NCBI GenBank assembly: GCA_020832455.1
Contig: JAFIEQ010000003.1
Location: 1,393-65,392, forward strand
Direction of reading: 5' to 3'
Source of the DNA: Nitriliruptoraceae bacterium
GTDB taxonomy: Bacteria; Actinomycetota; Nitriliruptoria; Nitriliruptorales; Nitriliruptoraceae
DNA length: 64,000 bases
The notes below the pieces were generated by a model that was given only the letters and a program-made list of their open reading frames with translations, was not told the origin of the DNA and made no database searches. Below are positions 46,641 to 59,525 of this stretch, in pieces; positions within the stretch are counted from its first letter, which is position 1; the number at the start of each line of letters is the position of its first letter. Both the position numbers and the translations under genes were made by a program.

Positions 46641-47644
46641 ACACGCTGCCGATCGACGCGGACGCGGTGGCACGCGCCGCGGACCGGCTCGCGGGGGTGG
46701 CGCACCGCACCCCCGTGCTGCGATCCGCGACCCTCGATCGGTGCACCGGGGCGCAGGTGGTGTGCAAGGCCGAGCACCTGCAACGCATCGGCGCCTTCAA
46801 GTTCCGCGGTGGCTACAACGCCCTGGCCGCGCTGCCCGTCGACGTGCGGGCCCGTGGCGTGGTCGCGTTCTCGTCCGGCAACCACGCGCAGGCGGTCGCC
46901 GCCGCCGCCCGCATGCTCGACGTGTCGGCCACGATCGTCATGCCCGACGACGCCCCGGCCGTCAAGGTGGAGGCCACGATCGGGTACGGCGCCGAGGTCG
47001 TGCGCTACGACCGCTACACGCAGGACCGGGCGGCGATCGGGGCTCGGCTCGCGGACGAGCGCGGCGCGACGGTGATCCCGCCCTACGACGACCCGGAGGT
47101 CATGGCCGGCCAGGGCACCGTGGCCTCGGAGCTGCTCGACGAGGTCGGCGCGCTCGACGTGCTGGTCGTCCCGGTGGGCGGCGGCGGGCTCATCGGCGGC
47201 TGCGCGGTGGCGGCAGCGGCGCACCGCGGCGCGACCCGGATCATCGGGGTGGAGCCGGCCGGACGGCGGGCCGCCCGCGACGCCCTCGCACGCGGCGAGG
47301 TGGTCGAGGTCCCCGTCCCGCAGACCGTGCTCGACGGCCAGCAGACCCCCAACGTCGGAACGCGACCGCTGGCGGTCATGCAGGCGCTGGTGGACGAGGT
47401 CGTCGGGGTCAGCGACGCCGAGGTGGCGGTCGCGATGCGGTTCGCCGCCCTGCGGATGAAGCAGTTCCTCGAGCCCTCGGGTGCCTCCGCGCTCGCCGCG
47501 GTGCTCGCGGGCCACCTCGACGTCGCGGGGCAGCGCGTCGGGATCGTGTGCTCCGGCGGCAACGTCGCCCCGGAACGTTTCGCGGCGCTGGTCGGCACCG
47601 CAGCCGACGTCGCGGACCCCGGCGTTCACCACCGGGACCGCTGA
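46637..47644 (+). CDS. PLP-dependent serine/threonine dehydratase (fold type II, no ACT domain)
   Basis: KAEHLQRIGAFKFRGGYN (PLP lysine), FSSGNHAQAVA, VPVGGGGLIGG. Confidence 0.9.
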   Translation: MNTLPIDADAVARAADRLAGVAHRTPVLRSATLDRCTGAQVVCKAEHLQRIGAFKFRGGYNALAALPVDVRARGVVAFSSGNHAQAVAAAARMLDVSATIVMPDDAPAVKVEATIGYGAEVVRYDRYTQDRAAIGARLADERGATVIPPYDDPEVMAGQGTVASELLDEVGALDVLVVPVGGGGLIGGCAVAAAAHRGATRIIGVEPAGRRAARDALARGEVVEVPVPQTVLDGQQTPNVGTRPLAVMQALVDEVVGVSDAEVAVAMRFAALRMKQFLEPSGASALAAVLAGHLDVAGQRVGIVCSGGNVAPERFAALVGTAADVADPGVHHRDR

Positions 47645-47666
47645 GGTCCGTCCGACCGGGTGGCGT

Positions 47667-48479
47667 TCAGCTCGTGTGCTGACGGGCACGGGCCCGGGAC
47701 CACCAGGACCGCGCCACCTCGTACGAGCCGATCGCCGCCGCGAGATCGCCCTGCTCGAGCGCCTCCACCGCATCCCACAGCTGCGCGCAGGTCCGCTCCG
47801 CACGCAGCTCGTCGGCGCCGTAGGTGCCGGCGGCCGCGCCGTAGTCCAGCTCGAGCAGCGACCCGGGGTCGAACACGTCGAGCCAGGTGACGAGTTCCGC
47901 GAGCTCGATCAGGATCTCCTCGCCGTCCTCGATGCGGGTCTCCACCACGTCGATGGCCCGGTCGAGCCGGTCGAGCGCCTGCGCCACGGTCGTGAGGTGG
48001 ATGACCCGCGGCGCGATGCCCGCCGGCCCCGAACGCACCCGCCGATCGCCCGGGGTGAAGAGCAGGAACCACAGCAGCGGCACCGCGAAGGGGGCGTCGA
48101 GGATGTGGGGGGCCCGGCCGCTCGCCGCGAGGCGCTCCAGGGTGGCCCGACTCCGCTCGTCGGGGAGGAAGGCCGGCAGCACCGTCGCAGGCACCGCCCG
48201 GGCGAAGTTGGCCAGGGCGACCGCGGCCCGCAGGTCGAGTTCGAGCGGGCACACCAGCACCTGACGACCCATGCGCCGCACGAGGGCCGCATCCCCGCGC
48301 GCGACGCCCGTCCGGCCGGTGACCAGTCGCGCGACCGTCGAGCCGGCCTCGGCATCCACCAGCTGTGCGCGCGTCAACCCGCGCCCGGCGTCGACGTAGG
48401 CACGCCAACGCTCCCGGTCGCGTGGTGGGAAGCTGTCGAGCGGCGCGAAGACGCGCAGCTGGACCCGTGGGACGAGCAT
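47667..48479 (-). CDS. Conserved hypothetical protein
   Basis: 270-aa ORF with ordinary, non-shadow composition, divergent from the dehydrogenase gene. I recognise no domain. Confidence 0.55.
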   Translation of the reverse strand: MLVPRVQLRVFAPLDSFPPRDRERWRAYVDAGRGLTRAQLVDAEAGSTVARLVTGRTGVARGDAALVRRMGRQVLVCPLELDLRAAVALANFARAVPATVLPAFLPDERSRATLERLAASGRAPHILDAPFAVPLLWFLLFTPGDRRVRSGPAGIAPRVIHLTTVAQALDRLDRAIDVVETRIEDGEEILIELAELVTWLDVFDPGSLLELDYGAAAGTYGADELRAERTCAQLWDAVEALEQGDLAAAIGSYEVARSWWSRARARQHTS

Positions 48480-48667
48480 GCCCCCGACGCTAGCGGGACC
48501 GTTAGGGTTGGGAACAGCCCGAACCGACCGTGACCCGGTCGCGGGCTCGGCACGTCGAGCGGCAGACCACGCCGGCGCCTCGCCCCCGTGGGCCGCGCAC
48601 CGACGCCTGCCACACGCGTCGCGGCGTGGACGGGAACCGGCACGCCGCTCGATCAGGGAGAACCACC

Positions 48668-49741
48668 GTGGAGACCATCTTCGGTCGCTTCAGCGGCCAC
48701 GAACAGGTCGTGTTCGGACAGGACGAGGCCACCGGGTTGCGGTGCATCATCGCGATCCACTCGACGAAGCTCGGACCCGCGGTCGGTGGGACGCGCTTCC
48801 GGCCCTACCCCGATGATGCCACCGCGCTCGACGACGTCCTGCGCCTGTCCGAGGCGATGACCTACAAGTCCGCGTGCGCGGGGCTGGATGCCGGCGGGGG
48901 CAAGGCCGTCATCATCGGCGACCCGGCGACGGACGCCACCGAGGGGCTGCTGCGCGCCTACGGGCGGGTGATCGCCAGCCTCGACGGTCGCTACGTCACC
49001 GCCTGCGACGTCGGGACGACCCCGGCGCACATGGCCATCATCCGGCGGGAGACCCGGTGGGCGACCGGCATGGATCCGGTCGACGGCGGCTCGGGGGACT
49101 CCGGGGTGCTGACCGCCATCGGCGTCCACCTCGCCATGAAGGCCAGCGCCGCAGCTGCGTTCGGGGACCCGGATCTCGCCGGGCGGCACGTGGCCGTCCA
49201 GGGGCTGGGCAAGGTCGGTCGACGGCTGGTCGAACACCTCGTCGACGAGGGCGCCAAGGTCACCGTCGCCGACGTCTCGGAGACCGCCATCGACGGGGTC
49301 GCGTCGCTGCCCGGGGTCGAGGTCGCACCCGTCGACGATGTGTTGTTCGTCGATGCGGACATCGTGTCGCCCAACGCGCTCGGCGGTGTGCTGTCCGCAC
49401 GCACGATCGAGGGGCTGCAGGCGAAGGTGGTCTGCGGCGGGGCCAACAACCAGCTGGTCGAGCCCGACGACGGCGTCCGACTGCACGAGCGCGGCATCCT
49501 CTACGCCCCCGACTACGTGGTCAACGCCGGCGGGGTCATCAACGTGACCGACGAACTGCACCCCGACGGCCACGACCCGGCGCGGGCGCGGCGTAAGGCG
49601 GAGACGATCCCCGCGACCCTGGCCGCGATCTTCGCGCGGTCCGCCGAGGACGACGTCCCCACGGAGACCGCGGCGCGGGCGGTCGCTCAGGCCCGGATCG
49701 ACGCCGTCGGTGGTGTGCGGAGGTTCTGGCTCCCCCGCTGA
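48668..49741 (+). CDS. Leu/Val/Phe dehydrogenase (Glu/Leu/Phe/Val dehydrogenase family)
   Basis: IAIHSTKLGPAVGGTRF.., AMTYKSACAGLDAGGGKAVI (catalytic Lys region), VQGLGKVGRRLV (Rossmann). GTG start preceded by GGGAGA. Confidence 0.9.
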   Translation: METIFGRFSGHEQVVFGQDEATGLRCIIAIHSTKLGPAVGGTRFRPYPDDATALDDVLRLSEAMTYKSACAGLDAGGGKAVIIGDPATDATEGLLRAYGRVIASLDGRYVTACDVGTTPAHMAIIRRETRWATGMDPVDGGSGDSGVLTAIGVHLAMKASAAAAFGDPDLAGRHVAVQGLGKVGRRLVEHLVDEGAKVTVADVSETAIDGVASLPGVEVAPVDDVLFVDADIVSPNALGGVLSARTIEGLQAKVVCGGANNQLVEPDDGVRLHERGILYAPDYVVNAGGVINVTDELHPDGHDPARARRKAETIPATLAAIFARSAEDDVPTETAARAVAQARIDAVGGVRRFWLPR

Positions 49742-49771
49742 GCCGCCATCGGCGACGCCGGACGCGTCCGG

Positions 49772-50875
49772 TCAGACCGGATCGACGATGCGGACGGGCG
49801 GGGCACCCTCGTCGCGGGTGACGATCGAACCCAGCTGCCACGCCTCGACCCCGCGCGCGGCCAGCAGCTCGATCGCCGCGTCCGCCGCGTCAGGCGGCAA
49901 CGCCGCCACCATGCCCACCCCGCAGTTGAAGGTGCGCCACATCTCGCCGTCCTCGACCGGACCCTGCTCGGCCAGCCACCGGAAGATCGGCGGCCAGTCG
50001 CGGGGGCTCGCGACCACCTCGGCGGCGAGGTGGTCGGGCAGCACCCGCGGCAGGTTCCCGGGCAGGCCACCACCCGTGACGTGGCACAACGCGTGCACGT
50101 CGACCGCGACGAGCAGCGCCAGGCAGTCCGGCGCGTGGATGCGGGTCGGCTCCAACAGCTCCACACCCAGCGGACGGTCGAGGCCGTGGTGCGCCTCGAG
50201 GTCCAACCCGGCGACGATGCGACGGATCAGGCTGTAGCCGTTGCTGTGCGGCCCGCTGCTCGGCAGGGCGAGCAGCACATCGCCGGGCTGCACCCGGTGC
50301 GGGCCGAGCATCGCGTCACGCTCCACGACGCCGACGCCGAAGCCGGCGAGGTCGAACTCGTCCTCGCCGAGCAGCCCCGGGTGCTCCGCGGTCTCCCCAC
50401 CGACGAGCGCACAGTTGGCCTCCGCACAGCCCTCCGCGATGCCACGCACCAGGTCGGCCACGCGCTGCGGATCCAACGCCCCGACGGAGACGTAGTCGTT
50501 GAAGAACAGCGGCTCCGCGCCGGTGACGACCAGGTCGTCCACCACCATCGCGACCAGGTCCCGGCCCACGGTGTCGAGCACGCCGAGCTGGCGGGCGAGG
50601 TCGACCTTGGTGCCGACCCCGTCCGTGGACGACACCAGCACCGGCTGCTCGTAGCGGTGGACGTCGAGCTGGAACAGCCCGCCGAAGCCGCCGATGCCGC
50701 CCAGCACCTCCGGTCGGGTGGCCCGCTCGAGCACCCCGCTGAGCAGCTCGACGCTGCGGTCGGCTGCGTCGAGGTCGACCCCGGCGTCGGCGTAGGAGAG
50801 CGAGCGACGGGCGTCCGCGTCGCCGTCCGCGACATCGCCGCCGGGCGCGTCGCCGCTGGTCCCGTCACCGCTCAT
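49772..50875 (-). CDS. purM: Phosphoribosylformylglycinamidine cyclo-ligase (AIR synthetase)
   Basis: SYADAGVDLDAADR.., GGFGGLF.., VSSTDGVGTK.., NDYVSVG.., HSNGYSL. Confidence 0.95.
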   Translation of the reverse strand: MSGDGTSGDAPGGDVADGDADARRSLSYADAGVDLDAADRSVELLSGVLERATRPEVLGGIGGFGGLFQLDVHRYEQPVLVSSTDGVGTKVDLARQLGVLDTVGRDLVAMVVDDLVVTGAEPLFFNDYVSVGALDPQRVADLVRGIAEGCAEANCALVGGETAEHPGLLGEDEFDLAGFGVGVVERDAMLGPHRVQPGDVLLALPSSGPHSNGYSLIRRIVAGLDLEAHHGLDRPLGVELLEPTRIHAPDCLALLVAVDVHALCHVTGGGLPGNLPRVLPDHLAAEVVASPRDWPPIFRWLAEQGPVEDGEMWRTFNCGVGMVAALPPDAADAAIELLAARGVEAWQLGSIVTRDEGAPPVRIVDPV

Positions 50876-51309
50876 ACCGTCGGCTCTCCCCGCTCACGGG
50901 GCAGCTTCCACGCCCGGCGCCAGGCGCGCTCCGCGTCCGCGAAGCTGTCGAGCGGCTCGATCACGTCCTGGACCGACTCGAGCAGCTCCTCGAGCTCATC
51001 GGTCGAGGCGGCCTCTCGCTCGACGCCCTCGAGGGCCGCCTCGGCCTCGTCGAGGGCCTGCTGGCAGTCGCGCCAGTCGTCCTCCAGGTCCTCGAGGCGC
51101 CACCGGGGCATCCAGGCGCGCGCGTCCGCGATCGCACGACGCACCGCCTCGGTCCCCACCGCGATCGGGGCGGGCTCCACCCGACCGGTCGGCAGGACCC
51201 CGAGCAGGACCCGACGGCCGCCCTCGATGACCTCCGCGCAGTCGACGAAGGACCACCACGCATCGTGGAGGTCGGCGGGAAGGTCGGGCTTGCGCGAGAA
51301 GAGGGCCAT
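50872..51309 (-). CDS. Hypothetical acidic helical protein, translationally coupled to purM
   Basis: ATGA overlap with the purM start. MALFSRKPDLPADLHDAWWSFVDCAEVIEGG...; a truncated paralog lies at 52562..52669. Confidence 0.6.
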   Translation of the reverse strand: MALFSRKPDLPADLHDAWWSFVDCAEVIEGGRRVLLGVLPTGRVEPAPIAVGTEAVRRAIADARAWMPRWRLEDLEDDWRDCQQALDEAEAALEGVEREAASTDELEELLESVQDVIEPLDSFADAERAWRRAWKLPRERGEPTV

Positions 51310-51380
51310 GGTGGCGCGGAGTATCGCGAACCGGGCAGCCAACGTCGAACCCGACCGTCGACGGGTCGGTCCGGGGAGGC

Positions 51381-52565
51381 TCAGCGGCTGACCACCTGAC
51401 TGCGCAGCCGGTCGTCGCCGACGTAGACGAGTGCCCCGTCGCGCAGGGCGATGCCCCGCTCGAGCTCGCGGTCCAGCCGCACCACCCGGGAGACGCTGCC
51501 GTCCGTGGGATCGAGCACCCGCAGGTCGGTCGTCGCGGCGGCTGGGACACCGTTCAGCTCGAGCAGCGTGCCCGGATGCTCCCAGGGGTTCTCCTGCCGA
51601 CCGAGCGGAAGCTGTGCGTCCCGCTGCTCCCACCGGATGGCACCGTCGTCGCGGTCGTAGGCCCGCAGGATCGGCTCGCGGGACTGGGCACGCCAGGCAC
51701 CGACGAGGACATCGTCGACCAGCACGGGGGTGAGGGCCGGCTGCGTGAGGACACCCAGACCGTCCGGGCCGTCCCGGACCTCGGCCGACCAGCGCTCGTG
51801 ACCGTCGAGGTCGATGGCCCGGACGGTGGCGTGGGTGGCGAGGTAGACGGCGTCGTCGATGAGGACACCCGGGAGTCGGAAGGACGGGTTGGACTCGGCG
51901 ATGTCGAAGAGGACCTCCCCGTCGTCCAGCGCGAACCCGCGGACCCCGAGGCTGTCGGTCGCCACCGCGAGCCCGGATCCCGCGGTGAGCGAGGTCACGC
52001 CGGTCACCGCCGAGCCCTCGATCCCGCCCCGCCAGCGCTCGGTGCCGTCGACGGCGTCCAGGGCCACCACCTCGTCGCTCGGGCTCACGACGAGCACGGC
52101 GTCCTCGGTGACGGCGAGTCCGGCGGTGAAGTCCGTCGTGGCCCCGGAGCTCGCGAGGAGCCGGATCGCCGGTTCGGGGAAGTGGGCGGTCCACCGCTGC
52201 TGACCGTCGACGGCGTCGTAGGCGACGACGGTCCACGCAGGCTCGTCGTCGCGTCCATCGCGGGCGAGGACCGCGACCAGGTCGCCGCCGACATCGACGG
52301 ACATCGGGAAGATGCGGGTCGGGCCATCACCGAAGACGTCACGGTTGTCGAGCCGGCGCTGCCACCGGAGTTCGCCCTCGAGGTCGTGGGCGCGGACGCC
52401 TGCCTCGAACACGGTCACGACGAGGTCGTCGCCGGCGACCATCCCCCAGGCGTCCTCGACGTCGGCGGTCCAGTCGTCTCCGCAGGCGGTCAGCGTCACC
52501 GCCATCGCCACCACGAGTACGCGCAGGGGGCGACGGGGACCGCGCCGTGACCAAGCCGTCGTCAT
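51381..52565 (-). CDS. PQQ-like beta-propeller repeat lipoprotein (BamB-like fold)
   Basis: Lipobox VAMAVTLTACGD. Repeated ..A.D..DG..RW.. blades (AYDAVDGQQRWTA, ALDAVDGTERWRG, AIDLDGHERWSA, AYDRDDGAIRWEQ). Confidence 0.8.
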   Translation of the reverse strand: MTTAWSRRGPRRPLRVLVVAMAVTLTACGDDWTADVEDAWGMVAGDDLVVTVFEAGVRAHDLEGELRWQRRLDNRDVFGDGPTRIFPMSVDVGGDLVAVLARDGRDDEPAWTVVAYDAVDGQQRWTAHFPEPAIRLLASSGATTDFTAGLAVTEDAVLVVSPSDEVVALDAVDGTERWRGGIEGSAVTGVTSLTAGSGLAVATDSLGVRGFALDDGEVLFDIAESNPSFRLPGVLIDDAVYLATHATVRAIDLDGHERWSAEVRDGPDGLGVLTQPALTPVLVDDVLVGAWRAQSREPILRAYDRDDGAIRWEQRDAQLPLGRQENPWEHPGTLLELNGVPAAATTDLRVLDPTDGSVSRVVRLDRELERGIALRDGALVYVGDDRLRSQVVSR

Positions 52566-52669
52566 CGGGCGTGCTCCTCGGCCGCGCCGATGACCTCCGC
52601 ACGGTCGGCGCAGGACGACCAAGCGTCGTGAGGGTCGGCGCGCAGGTCGGACGTGCGCGTGCGGATCAT
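52562..52669 (-). CDS. Possible 35-codon upstream ORF, a truncated paralog of 50872..51309
   Basis: MIRTRTSDLRADPHDAWSSCADRAEVIGAAEEHAR aligns with residues 1-33 of the 145-aa protein (DL.AD.HDAW.S..D.AEVI). Its stop overlaps the propeller gene start (ATGA). Confidence 0.3.
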   Translation of the reverse strand: MIRTRTSDLRADPHDAWSSCADRAEVIGAAEEHAR

Positions 52670-52807
52670 GCGCGCAGTATCGCCCGCCGTCCGCGCAGGA
52701 GCGAACGCGCGGACCGGGCCGGGGTGGTCGGGCGAGCCATGCCCTCGGTAGCCTCGTACGACTAGTGGCGGTCCGGAGTCCCGGTCCCGCGCGCACCCTG
52801 CTCCCAC

Positions 52808-56531
<3,724 letters not shown>

Positions 56532-56545
<14 letters not shown>

Positions 56546-57056
56546 CAGGCCACGGCCCGTCGCCGCCCTCCACCTCGGCGTGCCAGTCGGCCCAGGAGAT
56601 GTCCCGGCCGACGATGCGCGGTCGTTCGAGCGGCCATGCGTCGTCGAGCCACCGCGCGATCGCGCCCTCGAGCACGCGGTCCAGCGGGCCGTCGACCTCC
56701 TCGTCGACGACCCACCAGCACACCTCGGCGTCGTGCGCCGGCGACTCCGGCGGGTCGACGTAGACGCACCCGAGCAGGTGGCGTTCGTCCGGGTCGAAGA
56801 TGGCGAAGTTGAACGACTCGTTGCGGGACATCTCGTCCACGTGCCGGATCAGGTCGTCCCGGTCCTGCTCGAGCGTCATGTCCGGCGGTGGCCACCCCCA
56901 GACCGGCCCGAACCGCGCCCACAGCCGGGGCTGGCAGCGCATCACGGTCGGGTGGTCGACGGCCAGGTCCTCGACCCGGATCGGGCGCAGGTGGTGCCCG
57001 GTCGGCAGGTCCAGTCGGACCGGAGCCCGCCACCGCGGTGACAGCCAACCGTCCAC
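56532..57056 (-). CDS. GNAT-family acetyltransferase-like protein
   Basis: 174 aa with ..FNFAIFDPDERHLLGCVYV.. and a beta-alpha pattern resembling GNAT. Its 3' end overlaps metH by 14 nt. Confidence 0.6.
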
Positions 57057-57084
57057 GGGCAGCTCCTGGGGTGACGACGCGCGA

Positions 57085-57291
57085 CTACGTGCGGCGGGGA
57101 CGACCGACGGCGAGGTAGATGATCGCCCCGATGATGTGGGCGAACAGCACCACGAGCACCCAGATCAGCTGCGTCCCGACCCGGTACCGCTCGTCGGGGG
57201 TCCGGATCACGTCGATGAGGGCGTAGACCCACACGACGAACCCGACGACCCCCAGGATGAAGACCAGGAACGCAGCGACCGCGACCTCCAC
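57085..57291 (-). CDS. PLD nuclease N-terminal (PLDc_N) domain small membrane protein
   Basis: Two TM helices flanking WVYALIDVIRTPDERYRVGTQLIWVLVVLF..GAIIYLAVGRP. Confidence 0.8.
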   Translation of the reverse strand: MEVAVAAFLVFILGVVGFVVWVYALIDVIRTPDERYRVGTQLIWVLVVLFAHIIGAIIYLAVGRPRRT

Positions 57292-57367
57292 CGTCCACCC
57301 TTCTCATCGGGAGGTGCGGACGCTAGCGCGGAGCGGGCGGCGGACCCCCGCGAGGTGCGGCAACGCA

Positions 57368-57401
57368 GGACGCCCGCGACCGACGTGCGGTGCGGGCGTC
57401 C
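57368..57401 (-). terminator. Candidate terminator hairpin downstream of the csbD-like gene
   Basis: 10-bp perfect stem ggacgcccgc / gcgggcgtcc, with an additional inner accg/cggt pairing, about 20 nt past the stop at 57422. Confidence 0.45.
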
Positions 57402-57421
57402 CGGGTGCGCGCGAGGGGTGC

Positions 57422-57631
57422 TCAGCTGTTGCGGGTCTCGTCGGCCTTGTGGCCGGCAGCCTGGTTGCGCTTGTGCTCCGCTTCCTGCTGGAGACGCTCG
57501 GCCTCCTCGCCCTTCTGGGCCTTCTTCTGCTGGGCCTCGCCTTCGCGCACCTTGTCGTCCTGACCGGTGGCCTTGCCCAGCACCTCCTTGCCCATGCCCT
57601 TCAGCTTCTCGGTGGTCTTCTCGTCACTCAT
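57422..57631 (-). CDS. CsbD-family general stress protein
   Basis: MSDEKTTEKLKGMGKEVLGKATGQDDKVREGEAQQ.. is a typical CsbD sequence; 69 aa. Confidence 0.9.
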   Translation of the reverse strand: MSDEKTTEKLKGMGKEVLGKATGQDDKVREGEAQQKKAQKGEEAERLQQEAEHKRNQAAGHKADETRNS

Positions 57632-57931
57632 GGTCGCTCCTGATCTCGTGGGGTCGATGGCGCTGACGCCGCTCCCCTGGCGTGCAGGTGCGTCATCCGC
57701 CGGGTGGAACCCGGCATCTCACACGGTGTCACCTCCCGCCACCGCCCGGTACGCGTCGCCACGCCCGCATGGACAGCCGGTCGAACGGCCCCGCCACCGG
57801 GAGGGGACGCACGCCACGTGGCTGCGCGGCACCGCACGACGCCGACACACGGCACCATGGCGGCCGCCGGCGGGTCGATCAGCGACCACCGCCGCTGCTC
57901 CGTCCGGACCCACACCGTCCGGACGCGCACC

Positions 57932-58606
57932 ATGCCGACGACAGGGCCGACCGTGACCACCCCGACCGACGATCCGCTCGAGCCGCTCGAGCCGCTCGAG
58001 TTCGACCTCGACGGCCAACCGGCGGCCACGGTCTACGCCCTGCTCACGTCCGTCATCGTCCCCCGACCGATCGCCTGGGTGTCCACCGTGTCGACCGACG
58101 GGGTCGCCAACCTCGCCCCGCACTCCTGGTTCACCCAGGCGAGCATCGACCCGCCGTGCGTGGTGTTCACCTCCGCCGGCGAGAAGGACACGCTGCGCAA
58201 CGTGCGGTCCACGGGCGCGTTCGTGGTCAACCTCGTGGACGAGGCGATGCGCGAGGCGATGAACCTCACCGCCGCCGACGCACCCCCCGACATCGACGAG
58301 TTCGAGCTCGCCGCGTTGCGCACGCGACCCGGTGTCCGGGTGTCCGTCCCCCGGGTCGCGGACGCGCCGGCCCACCTGGAGTGCACCCTGGAACAGCTGG
58401 TCCCCGTCGGCGACAGCACGCTGGTCGTCGGTCGCGTCCGACATGCCCACCTCGCGGCACGTGTCCGGCGCGCCGACGGGGCGGCCGCGGCGGATGTCCA
58501 CCGGTTCCGGCCCGTGGCCCGGCTGAGCGGCGGCTGGTACGCGACGCCGGGCGAGCCCGTCGAGGTCGCGCGCCCGAGCTGGGCCTCGCTGGACACGCGC
58601 ACCTGA
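57932..58606 (+). CDS. Flavin reductase-like FMN-binding protein
   Basis: ..LLTSVIVPRPIAWVSTVSTDGVANLAPHSWFT.. and ..VPRVADAPAHLECTL.. are split-barrel flavin reductase blocks. Start at the ATG at 57932. Confidence 0.85.
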   Translation: MPTTGPTVTTPTDDPLEPLEPLEFDLDGQPAATVYALLTSVIVPRPIAWVSTVSTDGVANLAPHSWFTQASIDPPCVVFTSAGEKDTLRNVRSTGAFVVNLVDEAMREAMNLTAADAPPDIDEFELAALRTRPGVRVSVPRVADAPAHLECTLEQLVPVGDSTLVVGRVRHAHLAARVRRADGAAAADVHRFRPVARLSGGWYATPGEPVEVARPSWASLDTRT

Positions 58607-58672
58607 CCCGGGGCCGAGGACCGTGTCCGACCACGCCCCGCCGCGGTGGTCACGGTCGCCGGCGCGCGCCCG

Positions 58673-59167
58673 TCAGTCGCCGACGCCCTGCTCCCACTCC
58701 TCCCAACGGACCCCCTCCTCGAGGTCGTCGGCATCGGGCGTGTCGCAGGTGGCCTGCTCGAGCAGGGCGGTGTCGTCGCTGAACTCCAGGACGCCCGCCT
58801 GCCCGTCCTCGACGTCGTCGACGTGGACGGCGGCGACCCGCCACCAGCTCGTCCCGTCGTGCTCGAACAGCACCCCGATGTGCTCGGTACCGGTGTAACC
58901 GCGGACCAGGCAGCAGCTCGGCCGGCGCTCCCACAGACCCTGCAGCGCGCCGGGCACGTTGGCCCGCTCGTAGCCGAGCAGGCCGGGCACCTCGACGTCG
59001 TCGTTGAGCAGTTCCATCAACCCGTCGAGGTCGCGCGCGTTGAAGGCCTCCGCGATCGAGTCCAACAGGTCGGCCTCACGGTCGTCGCGCAGGCCCGCAT
59101 CGAGGTCCTCGTCGAGCAGATCGCCGTCCGGGTCGTCGACGTGGATGCCGTAGTCGTCGGGGGCCAC
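58673..59167 (-). CDS. Acidic NTF2/SnoaL-like protein (start uncertain)
   Basis: ..LLDSIAEAFNARDLDGLMELLNDDVEV.. resembles the N-terminal helix of SnoaL-like folds. The GTG at 59167 was chosen; upstream in-frame sequence is Arg/Pro-rich and looks non-coding. Confidence 0.45.
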   Translation of the reverse strand: MAPDDYGIHVDDPDGDLLDEDLDAGLRDDREADLLDSIAEAFNARDLDGLMELLNDDVEVPGLLGYERANVPGALQGLWERRPSCCLVRGYTGTEHIGVLFEHDGTSWWRVAAVHVDDVEDGQAGVLEFSDDTALLEQATCDTPDADDLEEGVRWEEWEQGVGD

Positions 59168-59525
59168 CGCTCGGCCGACCGCTCCCCGCACGAGCCGATC
59201 GTCCTCCACGCGCCGCGGATCGAGCGTGGCATCCGCCTCGTCATCGATCCGGTCGAGGTCGCGCTCCGCTGCAGCCTGGTGTCGATCGACGGCGTCCACG
59301 AGGTGCACTCCCAGCCGGTGGACACCGATGCTGCCCGCCGGGCGGGCTCGGCACAAGGGGCCGACCGCCCTGGACACGGCGGTGGCGGAGCTGGTGCCTT
59401 GGCGTCGGCGCCGCGGACGCGCGAGGATGCGACCTGCGGGCGGCACCCGTCGTGCCGCTCCGGTGACGTGCCGGCGGCCCGTCTCCTGCCCCGCCGACGC
59501 CCGCCAACGACCGTCGAGGCCTGCG

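Noticed and set aside
52670-52807. The leader upstream of metH, inspected for a cobalamin or SAM riboswitch.
   Set aside because: I could not recognise a B12-box or SAM-riboswitch core by eye. The 138-nt region also has to hold the divergent promoter. A covariance-model scan (Rfam/Infernal) would be needed to exclude a riboswitch.
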